A stretch of 64,000 nt of DNA from Candidatus Latescibacterota bacterium (GCA_965223905.1 CBDCXV010000001.1:384001-448000); one strand, 5' to 3'. Positions 11,012 to 21,186 are shown, counted from the first letter of the stretch. The notes: generated from the sequence alone by a model not told the origin. Program-made: numbers and translations.

Positions 11012-12018
11012 TGGCGAGCGAAGCGAGGCGAATCTACGACGAGGCGATCGTCATCGACGGTCTCAACGTCAGCAACTGGGAGAGCGACGCCGTGTTCGAG
11101 CGTCTGCGGGCCGGCAACATCACCGCCATCAACGCCACCGTGGCAACGTGGGAAAACTTCCTGCAGACCATGGCTCATCTTTCGGTGTGGATGCGGCGCT
11201 TTCGCGAGCGCGACGACATCCTGCAGGTGAAGGAGACGGCCGACATCCGCACCGCCAAGAAGCTCGGCAAAACCGGGATCATCCTCGGTTTCCAGAACGC
11301 CTCGCCGATAGAGAACGACCTCGACCGCCTCGGGCTGTTCCTGGCCCTCGGGGTGCGGGTGATCCAGGTCACCTACCACGAGACCAATCTGCTCGGCAGC
11401 GGCTGCTGGGAGCGGAACGACGCCGGCCTGAGCAACTTCGGAGTCGACGCGGTGCGCGAAATGAACCGGCTCGGCATCGTCATCGACCTGTCGCACGTCG
11501 GCCCGAAGACGACGCTGGACGCCATCGAGGTCTCCGAGCAGCCGGTCGCCATCACCCATGCAAACGCGCGCAGCTTCTGCGGCCACCGGCGCAACAAGGA
11601 GGAAGAGGCGCTCCTCGCCCTGGCCGAAAAGGGGGGCGTCGTCGGCGCCACGTCTTTCGCCAACTTCCTTCCCAAGGCATTCGACTCGACGGTCGAGGAT
11701 TTCGTCGATGCCGTCGACGACATGGTGGAGCGGATCGGTATCGACCACGTGGCCATCGGCACCGACTCCACCCACGATCAGCCCCTGGAGTTCTGGCACT
11801 ACATCTCCTCGCAACAGGGCACGAAGTTCCCCTCGACCTTTGCCGACGGCTCGATCCCGTACACGGAGCTGAGCTTTCAGCCGAAGGGCATCGACAGCCC
11901 GGCGGAGTTTCCCAACCTCGCCGATGCGCTGGCAAACCGGGGGTACAGCGGCGAGGATATCACCAAGCTGCTGGGCGGGAACTGGATGAACCTTTTCGAG
12001 CGGGTCTGGAACCCGTGA
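11011..12018 (+). CDS. Membrane dipeptidase (M19, renal dipeptidase) family protein
   Basis: MNRLGIVIDLSHVG, ITHAN, HVAIGTD, LLGGNW. Confidence 0.9.
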   Translation: MASEARRIYDEAIVIDGLNVSNWESDAVFERLRAGNITAINATVATWENFLQTMAHLSVWMRRFRERDDILQVKETADIRTAKKLGKTGIILGFQNASPIENDLDRLGLFLALGVRVIQVTYHETNLLGSGCWERNDAGLSNFGVDAVREMNRLGIVIDLSHVGPKTTLDAIEVSEQPVAITHANARSFCGHRRNKEEEALLALAEKGGVVGATSFANFLPKAFDSTVEDFVDAVDDMVERIGIDHVAIGTDSTHDQPLEFWHYISSQQGTKFPSTFADGSIPYTELSFQPKGIDSPAEFPNLADALANRGYSGEDITKLLGGNWMNLFERVWNP

Positions 12019-12027
12019 GGGAAGGGC

Positions 12028-13410
12028 CTACAGCCTGAGGATCAGCTTTTCCGCGGCGAGCGCGAGAACGGTCTTTTCGAAGGCGGCCGCCGCTTCCTCG
12101 AGATCGCGGTCGCTGTGGGCCGACGAGACCACGCCCCCCGTGGAGCTCATGTTGTCGACGCCGTTGTGCCGCAGACGGCGCTGGTAGCTGTTGATCAGCT
12201 CTCCCGGCATCCCCTTCAGCTTGCTCGGATCGCTGGTGCGCAGGTCGCCTCGCTGCCCCGCGGCGGCGGCAACCGCGGCGTCGGTCTCGAAGAAGACGTG
12301 GAAGGTCGAGCTGATGCCGTAGACGTAGCCGGCGATGGCGTGGCGCTCGAGGACTTCCTCGAACCCGCCCCGCAGCCGCGCCGCCAGGGCGTCCGCCTTT
12401 TTCGTCGGTTCGCCGGTCGCCACCTGTTGCAGACAGGCGACGCCCGCCGCGGCGGACAGCGGCGAGGCGTTGAAGGTGCCGAAGTGGACGACGCGCCGGT
12501 GGCGGTCGCGCTCGGCGTCCCCGGTGAAATCGAACAGCGACATGATCTCCTCGCGGCCGGTCACCGCCCCCCCAGGCATCCCTCCGGCGAGGATTTTGGC
12601 GAAGCAGGACATGTCCGGGGTTATCCCGTAGTACTGCTCGGCGCCCCCCGGTGCGAGACGGAAACCGGTGACCACTTCATCGAAAATCAGCAGCACGTCC
12701 CGTTTCGCCGTCAGGGCGCGCAGACCGTGGAGAAACTCCGGCTCGGTGGGGATGCGCCCCCACGAGGCCCCCGACGGCTCGACGATGGCCGCGGCGATGT
12801 CGCCATCCTCTGCCAGAATCTCGTCGATTCGGTCGATATCGTTGGCAGGCGCGGTGACGAAGCTTTTCCAGACCTCCGGCGGCACTCCGAGAGAGCCGTC
12901 GGCGTCGAACGGCGGCTGGAAGCCGTGAACGACGCCGTCGTGCCAGCCGTGGAAGTGGCCCTCGAAGCGGAGCACCTTGTTCCTCCCGGTGAAGGCCCTG
13001 GCGAGGCGCAGGGCGAGCAGCGTCGCTTCCGTACCGGAGTTGACGAACCGCACCTTGTCGGCCGAGGGGACGAGCTGCTTGACGATTTCGCCCCACTCCA
13101 CGTGCAGGGGGTGGTCGTTGCCGAAGTGGGTGCCGTCGGCGAGGGCGCGCTGAATCGCCTCGACGACGGCCTGAGGCGAATGCCCCAGAAGCAGGGCCCC
13201 GTTGCCCAACAGGAAATCGACGTACTCGTTGCCGTCGACGTCCCACTTGCGGGCCCCCTGGCCCCGCGTGACGTACATGGGAACCGGTTCGAAATGGCGG
13301 ACGTCGTGGCCGACCGCGCCTCCCAGTGCGTCGACCGCGCGCGCGTACAGGACCGCCGACTGCCTCCGCGCCTCGGAGTAGGTCTGAAGGAAGTCGCCGG
13401 ATGGTGACAT
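12028..13410 (-). CDS. Class III aminotransferase (GSA aminomutase-like)
   Basis: DVDGNEYVD, NSGTEA, FEGHFHG, LIFDEVVTGFR, FAK PLP lysine, GTFN. Confidence 0.9.
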   Translation of the reverse strand: MSPSGDFLQTYSEARRQSAVLYARAVDALGGAVGHDVRHFEPVPMYVTRGQGARKWDVDGNEYVDFLLGNGALLLGHSPQAVVEAIQRALADGTHFGNDHPLHVEWGEIVKQLVPSADKVRFVNSGTEATLLALRLARAFTGRNKVLRFEGHFHGWHDGVVHGFQPPFDADGSLGVPPEVWKSFVTAPANDIDRIDEILAEDGDIAAAIVEPSGASWGRIPTEPEFLHGLRALTAKRDVLLIFDEVVTGFRLAPGGAEQYYGITPDMSCFAKILAGGMPGGAVTGREEIMSLFDFTGDAERDRHRRVVHFGTFNASPLSAAAGVACLQQVATGEPTKKADALAARLRGGFEEVLERHAIAGYVYGISSTFHVFFETDAAVAAAAGQRGDLRTSDPSKLKGMPGELINSYQRRLRHNGVDNMSSTGGVVSSAHSDRDLEEAAAAFEKTVLALAAEKLILRL

Positions 13411-13849
13411 GGTATCTCCAGGAATGGGGGAACCGCGTGCAGTAGCTGAACCAAATAACAGCAGCGGACTTTGCCGGACAACGCGAGATCCGCATACGGA
13501 TCGAGTGCGCCCGCATTCCCGCCGCCGGCCGGGGTCCTTCCTGGGGCTGACAGCGCCGGGAACGGGCAGAAGCAGTTATGCAGCCAAACCGCACTTATGG
13601 AGATTGAGGGAATGAATCGCACGGATAATCTGGTTTGGATCGAACCGCGATTTCCTCTCAAGGATGCGTCGGCGTCCGATCCAAGCGGAATTGCGCGCGC
13701 GGGCAGTTAGGTCCTGCAGGCCGGATGGGTCCTCCGATGGGGCGAGCAGTTGCTGGAGCGGCACCTTGCGGGGCGGATGGTGATTGCGCTTCCCGAGGAC
13801 GAGTTTCTGTTGCCGAGGTTCAACTCCATCAAGTGGTGAACCAGAGATC

Positions 13850-14734
13850 ATGGATGGTCCGTCGCCTGAAGATGTCGCTCGCATAGGCGTTCTGACCGGC
13901 CGGCGGCCTACCGGCTTTCGCCGCGCGGCCGGAGGCTACACCGCGGCCGCGCGCTGGGTGGTGGACCTGGAGGGCGCCACCGCGGCGTTCGCCAAGATCG
14001 GCGTCGATAGATTGACGGCGAGGTGGCTGCGAGAGGAACACAGAGTGTACTCCGCCCTCGACGGCGACTTCATGCCGGAGTTGCTCGGGTGGGACGAGGG
14101 CGAACGGCCGCTGCTGTTGCTGGAGGACCTGAGCGGCTGCTTCTGGCCGCCGCCATGGGATGCCGGGAGAGTCGACCAGGTCCTCGAAGCGCTCGCGCGC
14201 CTGCGAGCAGTAGGTCACCGCGGCCTTCTCTCGCCCCTGGACGCTGCCGATTCGGGTCTTGCGGGATGTTGGCAGAGCGTGGCAGAGGAACCTGGCCCGT
14301 TCCTGTCTCTCGGTTTGGCGACCGCGCGCTGGCTGCGGGACAGCGCCCCGGTACTCGCCGCGGCCGCAGACGGGGCGGTGATCGAAGGCCCTTTCCCCAC
14401 CCACCTGGACGTGCGCAGCGACAATGTCTGCTTCCGCGACGGGCGGGCGGTCATGGTGGACTGGAACCACGCCGTTCTCGCCCACCCGGATCTGGACATC
14501 GCCGGATGGGCGCCGAGTCTGCACGCCGAGGGGGGACCGGCTCCGGAAGAGATCCTGCCCGGCCGCGGGCAAATGGCCGCGGTGATCAGCGGCTACTTCG
14601 CCAAGCGGGCAGGCATGTCGATCATCCCTGCGGCGCCGCGCGTGCGCGAGGTGCAGCGGCAGCAGCTCCGCACGTCGCTGCCCTGGGCGGTGCGCGAGCT
14701 GGGACTGCCGCCGCTCGATGGTCCGGCGGTGTGA
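13850..14734 (+). CDS. Aminoglycoside phosphotransferase/kinase-like protein
   Basis: HLDVRSDN catalytic loop and VDW motif. Confidence 0.8.
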   Translation: MDGPSPEDVARIGVLTGRRPTGFRRAAGGYTAAARWVVDLEGATAAFAKIGVDRLTARWLREEHRVYSALDGDFMPELLGWDEGERPLLLLEDLSGCFWPPPWDAGRVDQVLEALARLRAVGHRGLLSPLDAADSGLAGCWQSVAEEPGPFLSLGLATARWLRDSAPVLAAAADGAVIEGPFPTHLDVRSDNVCFRDGRAVMVDWNHAVLAHPDLDIAGWAPSLHAEGGPAPEEILPGRGQMAAVISGYFAKRAGMSIIPAAPRVREVQRQQLRTSLPWAVRELGLPPLDGPAV

Positions 14735-14802
14735 GCCGTGTGCGCGCAGAGCCGCTGAACGGATGTCTCCGAGGTCCGGACTGACGCTCGGGGAAGGGTC
14801 GC

Positions 14803-15570
14803 CTACTTCGTTTCCTCTGTCGGTTTTTCCTGGGGTGTTTCTTCGTTCGCCGTTTTTTCGGGAGCTGAGATTTCAGCAGTCGGTTTTTCGAGCGTCGGTC
14901 CAGGTGAGGCCTTTTCGGCCGGTATTTCTTCGCTCACCGTTTTTTCAGGTGCGGCCTTTTTCGAGGGCGTCGTTTCCACCTGGGCTTTTTCTGAAGCGGC
15001 AGTTGTTTTTTCAGGTACAGGCGTGCCGGTTGCCTTTTCCTCTTTCGGTTTTTCAGGGGATGCCATTTCGGCCGCTGTTTTTTCGGAGGTTGCCTTTTCA
15101 GCGGATGGTGGTTCGCTCACCGTTTTTTCAGGGGCGGTCTTTTCGGAAGGCGTTGTTTCGCCCGGGAGTTTATCTGGAGCGGCGGTCTTTTCGGCTTTCG
15201 TTTTTTGAGGAGCCGGTTTTTCAACCGCTTTGGGTGGTTTTGGGGCCTTTTTCGCCGCCGCCGGCTTGGCGGGTTCCATGGGTTTCTTGGCCTGGGCTTT
15301 TTTGGCCGCAGTTTTGGGTTTTTTCAGGTGCTTGCTCACCAGGGTAGCGACCTGAAAGATGTTGACCTGTTTCTTGCCCCCCAGCACCTGCTGAAGAACC
15401 TTGTCGGCATTGATCATGCGCCGGTCCGTGTCCTGCAGGCTGCGCTCGTTGATGTAGTCCCAGAATTTGCGGATGATCTCCCCGCGAGTCCGGGGAGTAC
15501 CGCCGACGATTGCGGCGAGCTTCTTGTCGGGCTCAAGTATCTGGGTGGAAACTTTCTTGAAGTCCATCAT
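14803..15570 (-). CDS. SWIB/MDM2-domain protein with long Lys/Ala- and EKT-repeat tail
   Basis: LAAIVGGTPRTRGEIIRKFWDYINERSLQD..RMINADKVL..SKHL, followed by a low-complexity tail. Confidence 0.88.
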   Translation of the reverse strand: MMDFKKVSTQILEPDKKLAAIVGGTPRTRGEIIRKFWDYINERSLQDTDRRMINADKVLQQVLGGKKQVNIFQVATLVSKHLKKPKTAAKKAQAKKPMEPAKPAAAKKAPKPPKAVEKPAPQKTKAEKTAAPDKLPGETTPSEKTAPEKTVSEPPSAEKATSEKTAAEMASPEKPKEEKATGTPVPEKTTAASEKAQVETTPSKKAAPEKTVSEEIPAEKASPGPTLEKPTAEISAPEKTANEETPQEKPTEETK

Positions 15571-15710
15571 CTACCTCCTGGGGCGAATCTGCGGAGAATG
15601 TTGCGGGAGAATGTTGCGCAGGTATGGTTCGAAATCACTTGCGGCCGCTCAAGGGTATTGGTGAGGTGCAGTTTGCGCAAATACCGGATAAACAGCCGGA
15701 TAGGCAGGCG

Positions 15711-16940
15711 ATGAAAACTCTGGCGCATGCGGATTTCCCACGGCGGGAGTACGTCGCGAGATACACGCGCATGCAGGAAGCCCTGAAGCGGCGCGGGCTG
15801 GACGGCCTGCTTCTCACCGGGCGGTCCAACCTGCGCTACTTCGCCGGACTCCGGGACGGCGCCTGGGACGCCCACCACTTCTACTTCCCGGCGGTCCTGC
15901 CCGCGGAAGGCGAGCCGGTGTTGATGGCGTCCGACGGCTTTCAGCACCTGGTGAAGCAGTGCTGGATCGAGGACGTGCGGCACTGGCCGCTGTCCAGGGA
16001 GTTCTACATGTCGAGGGAGTTCGCGGGGACGCCCCTGATCCTGGAGGTGCTGCGCGAAAAAGCCCTGGACCGCGGCGTTCTCGGCATGGAGCTGAGCTCC
16101 GACATGCAGCCGCACATGGGCCACGAGCATTTCGCCGGAATTCTGGCCGGACTTCCGCGGGCGCGCGTCGTCGATGGCAGCGACGCGGTCTGGTCGATCC
16201 GCAGCGTCAAGTCGGAGGCCGAGATCTCGCGTCTACGCAAGGCAGCCGAGATTTCCGCAAAAGGAGTGAAGGCCGGTTTCGAACGGCTGCAGGCGGGAAT
16301 GACCGAAAAGCAGGTGGCCGACGTGATGACCTCGGCCATGTGCGCCGCCGGGGCCAGCGAGCAGCGCTTCAACGCTCTCTATGCCGGCCCGCGCGCCATG
16401 TGGGCCGACGGCATGCCGACCGACTACGCCATACAGCCCGGCGACCTCGTGCAGTTCGACGGCGGCTGCGTGTACGAGGGCTACTGGTGCGATTTCAAAA
16501 GGATGGCGGCCGTGGGCGAGCCGCGGGCGGATCAGCGCCGCCACTTCGATCTTGCCCGCACGGGCCTGGAAGCGGCCGTCGAATGGGTGCAACCGGGTGT
16601 CGAGATCGCCGCCCTCCTGCACGCGGCTTTCGCCGTCAACAACCGCGCCGGGTACCGCCCCTTTTCCGAGTGGTGCCTGCGATCGGGTTGGGCGGCGATC
16701 GGGCACGGGCTCGGCCTCGACCTGCACGAGCAGCCGGGACTGTCCGCAACAAACACCGAGCTCCTGGAGGAGAACATGGTGCTCTGCGTGGAGCCGTTCA
16801 TAACCCTCGACGGCGTGTTCCCTTTCTGGGAGGCGAGCGAGAAGTTCGGCCTCGAAGACGTCATTCTGGTGACCTCCGCCGGGGCCGAGGTGCTGACCTC
16901 CGAGGAGGCGGTCACGCGGGATCTTTGGGTGACCGGATGA
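15711..16940 (+). CDS. M24 family peptidase (Xaa-Pro/creatinase-like)
   Basis: VKSEAEI; metal ligands in DGG..YWCD, GHGLG, VEP and GLED. Confidence 0.9.
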   Translation: MKTLAHADFPRREYVARYTRMQEALKRRGLDGLLLTGRSNLRYFAGLRDGAWDAHHFYFPAVLPAEGEPVLMASDGFQHLVKQCWIEDVRHWPLSREFYMSREFAGTPLILEVLREKALDRGVLGMELSSDMQPHMGHEHFAGILAGLPRARVVDGSDAVWSIRSVKSEAEISRLRKAAEISAKGVKAGFERLQAGMTEKQVADVMTSAMCAAGASEQRFNALYAGPRAMWADGMPTDYAIQPGDLVQFDGGCVYEGYWCDFKRMAAVGEPRADQRRHFDLARTGLEAAVEWVQPGVEIAALLHAAFAVNNRAGYRPFSEWCLRSGWAAIGHGLGLDLHEQPGLSATNTELLEENMVLCVEPFITLDGVFPFWEASEKFGLEDVILVTSAGAEVLTSEEAVTRDLWVTG

Positions 16941-17311
16941 AGCGCCGGCAGCGCAATGCGTCGCTGGTCTATTCGACCGAACACGGCCGCGTCTGTCCCG
17001 GGTGCGGCCGGCCGGCCGCCGAGTGCAGATGCACCGGCCAGGCCCCAGGGAACCCGAAGGCGTCGAAAGGGGGCGGCGTGGTCCGTGTCGGGCGCGAGAC
17101 CAAGGGACGCAAGGGGAAGGGGGTGACCGTCGTCACCGGCCTTCCCCTCGGGACCGGGGAGCTGCAGGAACTGGCGAAGCGTCTCAAGGCCTGCTGCGGA
17201 GCCGGCGGTACGGTCAAGGACGGGGTGATCGAGATTCAGGGAGAGCACCGCGACGCCGTGGTGCGCGCCCTCGAAGCGGAGGGAATTGCCGCCAGGAGGG
17301 CCGGCGGTTGA
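16937..17311 (+). CDS. yciH: Translation initiation factor SUI1/YciH
   Basis: LVYSTEHG, RETKGRKGKGVTVV, CGAGGTVKDGVIEIQGEHRD. Confidence 0.92.
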   Translation: MKRRQRNASLVYSTEHGRVCPGCGRPAAECRCTGQAPGNPKASKGGGVVRVGRETKGRKGKGVTVVTGLPLGTGELQELAKRLKACCGAGGTVKDGVIEIQGEHRDAVVRALEAEGIAARRAGG

Positions 17312-17372
17312 GTGGGCGGCCGCGCCCACCTTCAGATGCCGGGGGGGCGGTCGGCCGCGGTCACTAATCGAC

Positions 17373-18296
17373 TCAGGGAGAACCGGAGCCAGGGACGTCG
17401 ACGTCGACGGCGCGGATGCGTCCGTCGCCCGGAAAGCGCTCCTGTCCCAACACCTTCGACTCGCACAGGAACAGCGTTCTCATCTCCGGGCCTCCGAGCG
17501 TACAGGCGTAGGCGCTGTACCCCTCGACGTCGATGCGGTCTGCGATCTCACCTCCTTCCCGGACTCGCACGTATCCCCCCGGGCCGCCGTATTCGAAGTA
17601 GCAGAGGGCAACCCACAGGCATCCCTCCTCATCCATGCAGATGCCGTCAGGCGGAGCGCCGAGGTCCGCCCAGGGCCGGCGGTTGACGAGCGAGCCGGCG
17701 GCGTCGATGTCGAAGGCGGTGAGGCGGAAGCCTATCGACTCGGCGAAGATGAGGGTCTTGCCGTCCGGGGTGATGCAGGCGCCGTTGGGGCAGGTCACGC
17801 GGTCGGCGACGATGCGGGATTCGAAGCGGTCCCCGTCCTGCCCGACGAGGACGACGGACCCGAACCCCTGCATGTTGCCGGGGTTGGGTATCTTCGACTC
17901 GTCCCAGCCGCCCGCGGGGCTGCCGATGTAGGCGCCCCCCCCGGCGTCGACCACCATGTCGTTGCAGAGGTTGCCTGTGACCGCCATCATGTCGGCGACC
18001 TCCTCCAGCCCGCCGCCGCGCACCGCCATCAGCCTGCCGTCCATGACCGAGACGACCACCAGGGTGCCGTCCGGGAGCCACCCGAGGCCGGAGGGCATCC
18101 CGGGAACCTCGGCGATCTCCTCGAGGCTTCCGTCGAGGCCGAGGCTCATCACCTTTTTTCCGAGGATGTCGGAGTAGAACAGCCGGCCTTCGCCGGCGCT
18201 GTCGGCGGCGGCGGGGGGCAGCATGTCCGCGGTGCGCCAGCGGGGTCCTTCGGGAAAGAACAGGCCGTCAGCGAGTATTTCGGGGGTTCTGGTCAC
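17373..18296 (-). CDS. SMP-30/gluconolactonase/LRE family protein
   Basis: FPEGPRW, CNDMVVD, PNG, PDGICMD; GTG start with AGGAG RBS. Confidence 0.88.
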   Translation of the reverse strand: MTRTPEILADGLFFPEGPRWRTADMLPPAAADSAGEGRLFYSDILGKKVMSLGLDGSLEEIAEVPGMPSGLGWLPDGTLVVVSVMDGRLMAVRGGGLEEVADMMAVTGNLCNDMVVDAGGGAYIGSPAGGWDESKIPNPGNMQGFGSVVLVGQDGDRFESRIVADRVTCPNGACITPDGKTLIFAESIGFRLTAFDIDAAGSLVNRRPWADLGAPPDGICMDEEGCLWVALCYFEYGGPGGYVRVREGGEIADRIDVEGYSAYACTLGGPEMRTLFLCESKVLGQERFPGDGRIRAVDVDVPGSGSP

Positions 18297-18393
18297 AATT
18301 TGTCTCCTGTTTAGTGCGATTGAGATCTCTGCGGGTGCGTATATTTTCGGGAAAACGTGAGGGCGTAGCGACAATTTAACCGCGAGAGAAGAG

Positions 18394-19284
18394 ATGAGCC
18401 TGGCCCTTGAACAGCTGGCGGAATACGACGACCGGGGCGTTGTGGTCGCCCGGGGGATCCTCGAACAGGAGGACCTGCAGCCGGTCATCGACGAGATCGG
18501 CGAGTTCATCGATTCCAGGGCGAAAGAGCTGCATATCGCCGGCAAGATCGAGCACTTGTACGAAGAGGAGCCGTTCGACCGACGCTTCGGCCTGCTGGCG
18601 CGGCAGTGCGGGGAGATCGCACAGGGCATGGATATCATGCACCACCGCGGTCCGGCGATGTTCGAGTTTCTGTTCAACGACAACCTTCTCGACGCCGTCG
18701 AATCGATCGTCGGACCGGAGATCACCTGCAGCCCGATCCAGCACATTCGCCCCAAGCCGCCGGCCTCCGAGGATGGGGAGGGAACCGACGGCTTCAACGC
18801 GGTTCCCTGGCACCAGGACGCCGGCGTTATGATGGAGGAGGCGGAGGGGACCAACATCGTCACCTGCTGGCTGCCCCTGGGAGATTCGACCAGGGAGATG
18901 GGATGCCTGCAGGCGCTGCCCGGGGTCAACAAGATCGGCTACGTCAAGCACCAGGCCGCAGGCGGAACCACGGTCGCCCCCGGCCAGATCTCCCAAATGG
19001 ATCCGGTCGACCTCGAATGCCGCCGCGGCGACGTCATCTTCATGCACCGTTTCATCCCCCACCGCTCGATGCCCAACCGCTCCGACCGCTGCCGCTGGTC
19101 GATGGATCTGCGCTACCAGACCAGAGGGCAGCACACCGGTCGTACCGGACACCCGGCGTTCGTCGTGCGCAACGCATCCGACCCCGGCAGCGTGCAGCGG
19201 GATTACGACGGGTGGTGCGAGCGCTGGGTGGACGCCTTCGAGAACCCCAGAGGGTTCGTCGGCCATCGCCGCGACGTAGAGTAG
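18394..19284 (+). CDS. Phytanoyl-CoA dioxygenase (PhyH) family protein
   Basis: PWHQD, distal H in IPHRS, RWSMDLRY. Confidence 0.9.
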   Translation: MSLALEQLAEYDDRGVVVARGILEQEDLQPVIDEIGEFIDSRAKELHIAGKIEHLYEEEPFDRRFGLLARQCGEIAQGMDIMHHRGPAMFEFLFNDNLLDAVESIVGPEITCSPIQHIRPKPPASEDGEGTDGFNAVPWHQDAGVMMEEAEGTNIVTCWLPLGDSTREMGCLQALPGVNKIGYVKHQAAGGTTVAPGQISQMDPVDLECRRGDVIFMHRFIPHRSMPNRSDRCRWSMDLRYQTRGQHTGRTGHPAFVVRNASDPGSVQRDYDGWCERWVDAFENPRGFVGHRRDVE

Positions 19285-19291
19285 CACTTGT

Positions 19292-20866
19292 ATGGGACCG
19301 CGTCCGGCCTTGCCGGCACTGGGGCTTTTTTTCGCTGCCGCGCTCGCGGCGCAGGAGTACCCACCCGGCACCTTCGAGCTGACTTCCACCCGGGACCTGG
19401 GGTTGCAGTCGATCCCGCTCGTCGTGCCGGAACGGTTCGCAGGCGAGATTCCCGGGGACATCACCCTCAACATGCCACCCGGTTTCAGCGCCCGGGTGTT
19501 TGCCGCCACCGGACTGGTCGGTCCGCGTTTCATGGCCTGGAGTCCCGATGGCGTGCTGCACGTCGCCAGCATGCGCCGGGGAAGCGAGGTGGTCGCGCTC
19601 CCGGACCATGACGGCGACGGCGTCGCCGACGAGTGGTACGTCGCCGCCGGAGGTTTCCGGTGGCTGAACAGCATCGCCTTCTTCGCCGGCGATCTGTACG
19701 CGGCCGACACCCACATGCTGGTGCGCCTGTCCGACCGCGACGGCGACGGCGTGTACGAGGAGCGCCTCGACCTCGCCCCGCTGCCGGAAGTAGACGGCGA
19801 CCTGCATCCGGCGCGCAGGGTAGTGATCGACGAGCTTCGCGAGAAGATCTACGTCAACGTCGGTTCCACCTGCGACCTGTGCCGCGAGGATACACCGGAA
19901 CGGGCCGCGGTTCTCGAGTTCGACTTCGACGGCTCCAATCGCCGCGTCTTCGCTTCCGGCCTGCGCAATGCCACGGGACTGGCGCTGCACCCCTCGACGA
20001 ACGAGCTGTGGGGGGTCGTCAACGGCCACGATCGCGAAGGTTCCCGGTTGCCGCCCGAGCGCATAGACATCATTCGGGAGGGCGGCTTCTACGGCTGGCC
20101 GTTCGCCTACGCGTACCGGTCGTGGGTCGATTTTTCCGTGCTTCAGTACGCCCCGGTGCTTCCGATAACCCGGGAGGACAGCCTGCTGGTCACCGTGGTT
20201 CCGCGTCCCGTGGCGCTCCCTCCGGCGCGGCTGGCCCCGATGGGTATTCATTTCTACACCGCCGACCGGTTTCCCAGGGAGTACCGGAACGCCGCCTTCA
20301 TCTCCTTCCGCGCCGGCCACAAGGCCGCGGTTCCCGGGTGGAAGGTGACGGTGCTGTTCGTCGACGCCGACGGCAGCGGCGCGGTGCTGTCCGACTTCAT
20401 GACCGGACTCGGTCCGCTGGTCAGGGATCCCGCCGCGGCTCCCGGCGAGGGTGTGCGCGGACAACCGGTAGGGCTCATCACCGACGCCGGAGGCAACCTC
20501 TACGTCACCAGCGATTTTGTGAATCACATGGTGATTCGGGTGACTTACGAAGCCGCTACCGCGGTCGAGGAGGCAGCCGCGGAGCCGGCTGAATTCGAGC
20601 TGGAAGCCAACCACCCCAACCCGTTCAACGCGAGCACCGCCATCCGCTACTCGTTGCAGGCGAACACGCACGTCGAGCTGGCTCTGTTCGACGTCTCCGG
20701 CGGCCGTGTGGCAACCCTCGTCGACGGGGTGCAGCCGGCGGGCAGGCACACCGCCTACTGGGACGGCCGCATGAACAGCGGCGTCGAGGTCGCCAGCGGT
20801 ATCTACTTCTACCGCCTGCGGGTTGGAGACAGGCAGCGGGCGCGCAAGCTGCTGCTGCTGCGCTGA
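19292..20866 (+). CDS. Secreted sorbosone/glucose dehydrogenase-like beta-propeller with C-terminal FlgD/T9SS-like domain
   Basis: Signal peptide, ASGLRNATG, GGFYGWP; C-terminal NHPNPFNAST...ASGIYFYRL...KLLLLR. Confidence 0.85.
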   Translation: MGPRPALPALGLFFAAALAAQEYPPGTFELTSTRDLGLQSIPLVVPERFAGEIPGDITLNMPPGFSARVFAATGLVGPRFMAWSPDGVLHVASMRRGSEVVALPDHDGDGVADEWYVAAGGFRWLNSIAFFAGDLYAADTHMLVRLSDRDGDGVYEERLDLAPLPEVDGDLHPARRVVIDELREKIYVNVGSTCDLCREDTPERAAVLEFDFDGSNRRVFASGLRNATGLALHPSTNELWGVVNGHDREGSRLPPERIDIIREGGFYGWPFAYAYRSWVDFSVLQYAPVLPITREDSLLVTVVPRPVALPPARLAPMGIHFYTADRFPREYRNAAFISFRAGHKAAVPGWKVTVLFVDADGSGAVLSDFMTGLGPLVRDPAAAPGEGVRGQPVGLITDAGGNLYVTSDFVNHMVIRVTYEAATAVEEAAAEPAEFELEANHPNPFNASTAIRYSLQANTHVELALFDVSGGRVATLVDGVQPAGRHTAYWDGRMNSGVEVASGIYFYRLRVGDRQRARKLLLLR

Positions 20867-20970
20867 GTTTCCCGCTCGCCGCGGCGCCTTGTCGGCGAAG
20901 GGTCGGCGATGGCCTACCTTATCCTGTTGCAGCCGCAGACTGCCGGCGCGACAACCAGAAAGGGCTTCCG

Positions 20971-21186
20971 ATGCCTATCCGCGAGTACCAGTGCCAGGAG
21001 TGTCAGCACCAGTTCGAGGTTGTCGAGCTCTCCGCAGCGACGGCCACCGTATGTGAATCCTGCGGCGCCGATCGGCTGGACCGCCAGCTGTCCTCCTTCG
21101 CCAGCCTCCCTGCGCGCTCCGCCCAGCAGACCCCTTGCGGCCCCTGCGGCTGCGCGCCCACCGAGGCCTGCACCTGGGAGAACTGA
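20971..21186 (+). CDS. FmdB-family zinc-ribbon protein
   Basis: MPIREYQCQEC..FE..CESCG. Confidence 0.85.
   Translation: MPIREYQCQECQHQFEVVELSAATATVCESCGADRLDRQLSSFASLPARSAQQTPCGPCGCAPTEACTWEN

Noticed and set aside
12028-13410. hemL assignment
   Set aside because: The family is clear, but there is no heme context and such paralogs are common, so no symbol was given.
14803-15330. Periodic repeats as a CRISPR array or non-coding satellite
   Set aside because: The repeats are degenerate, codon-phased and encode the SWIB protein tail; there are no identical repeats with spacers.
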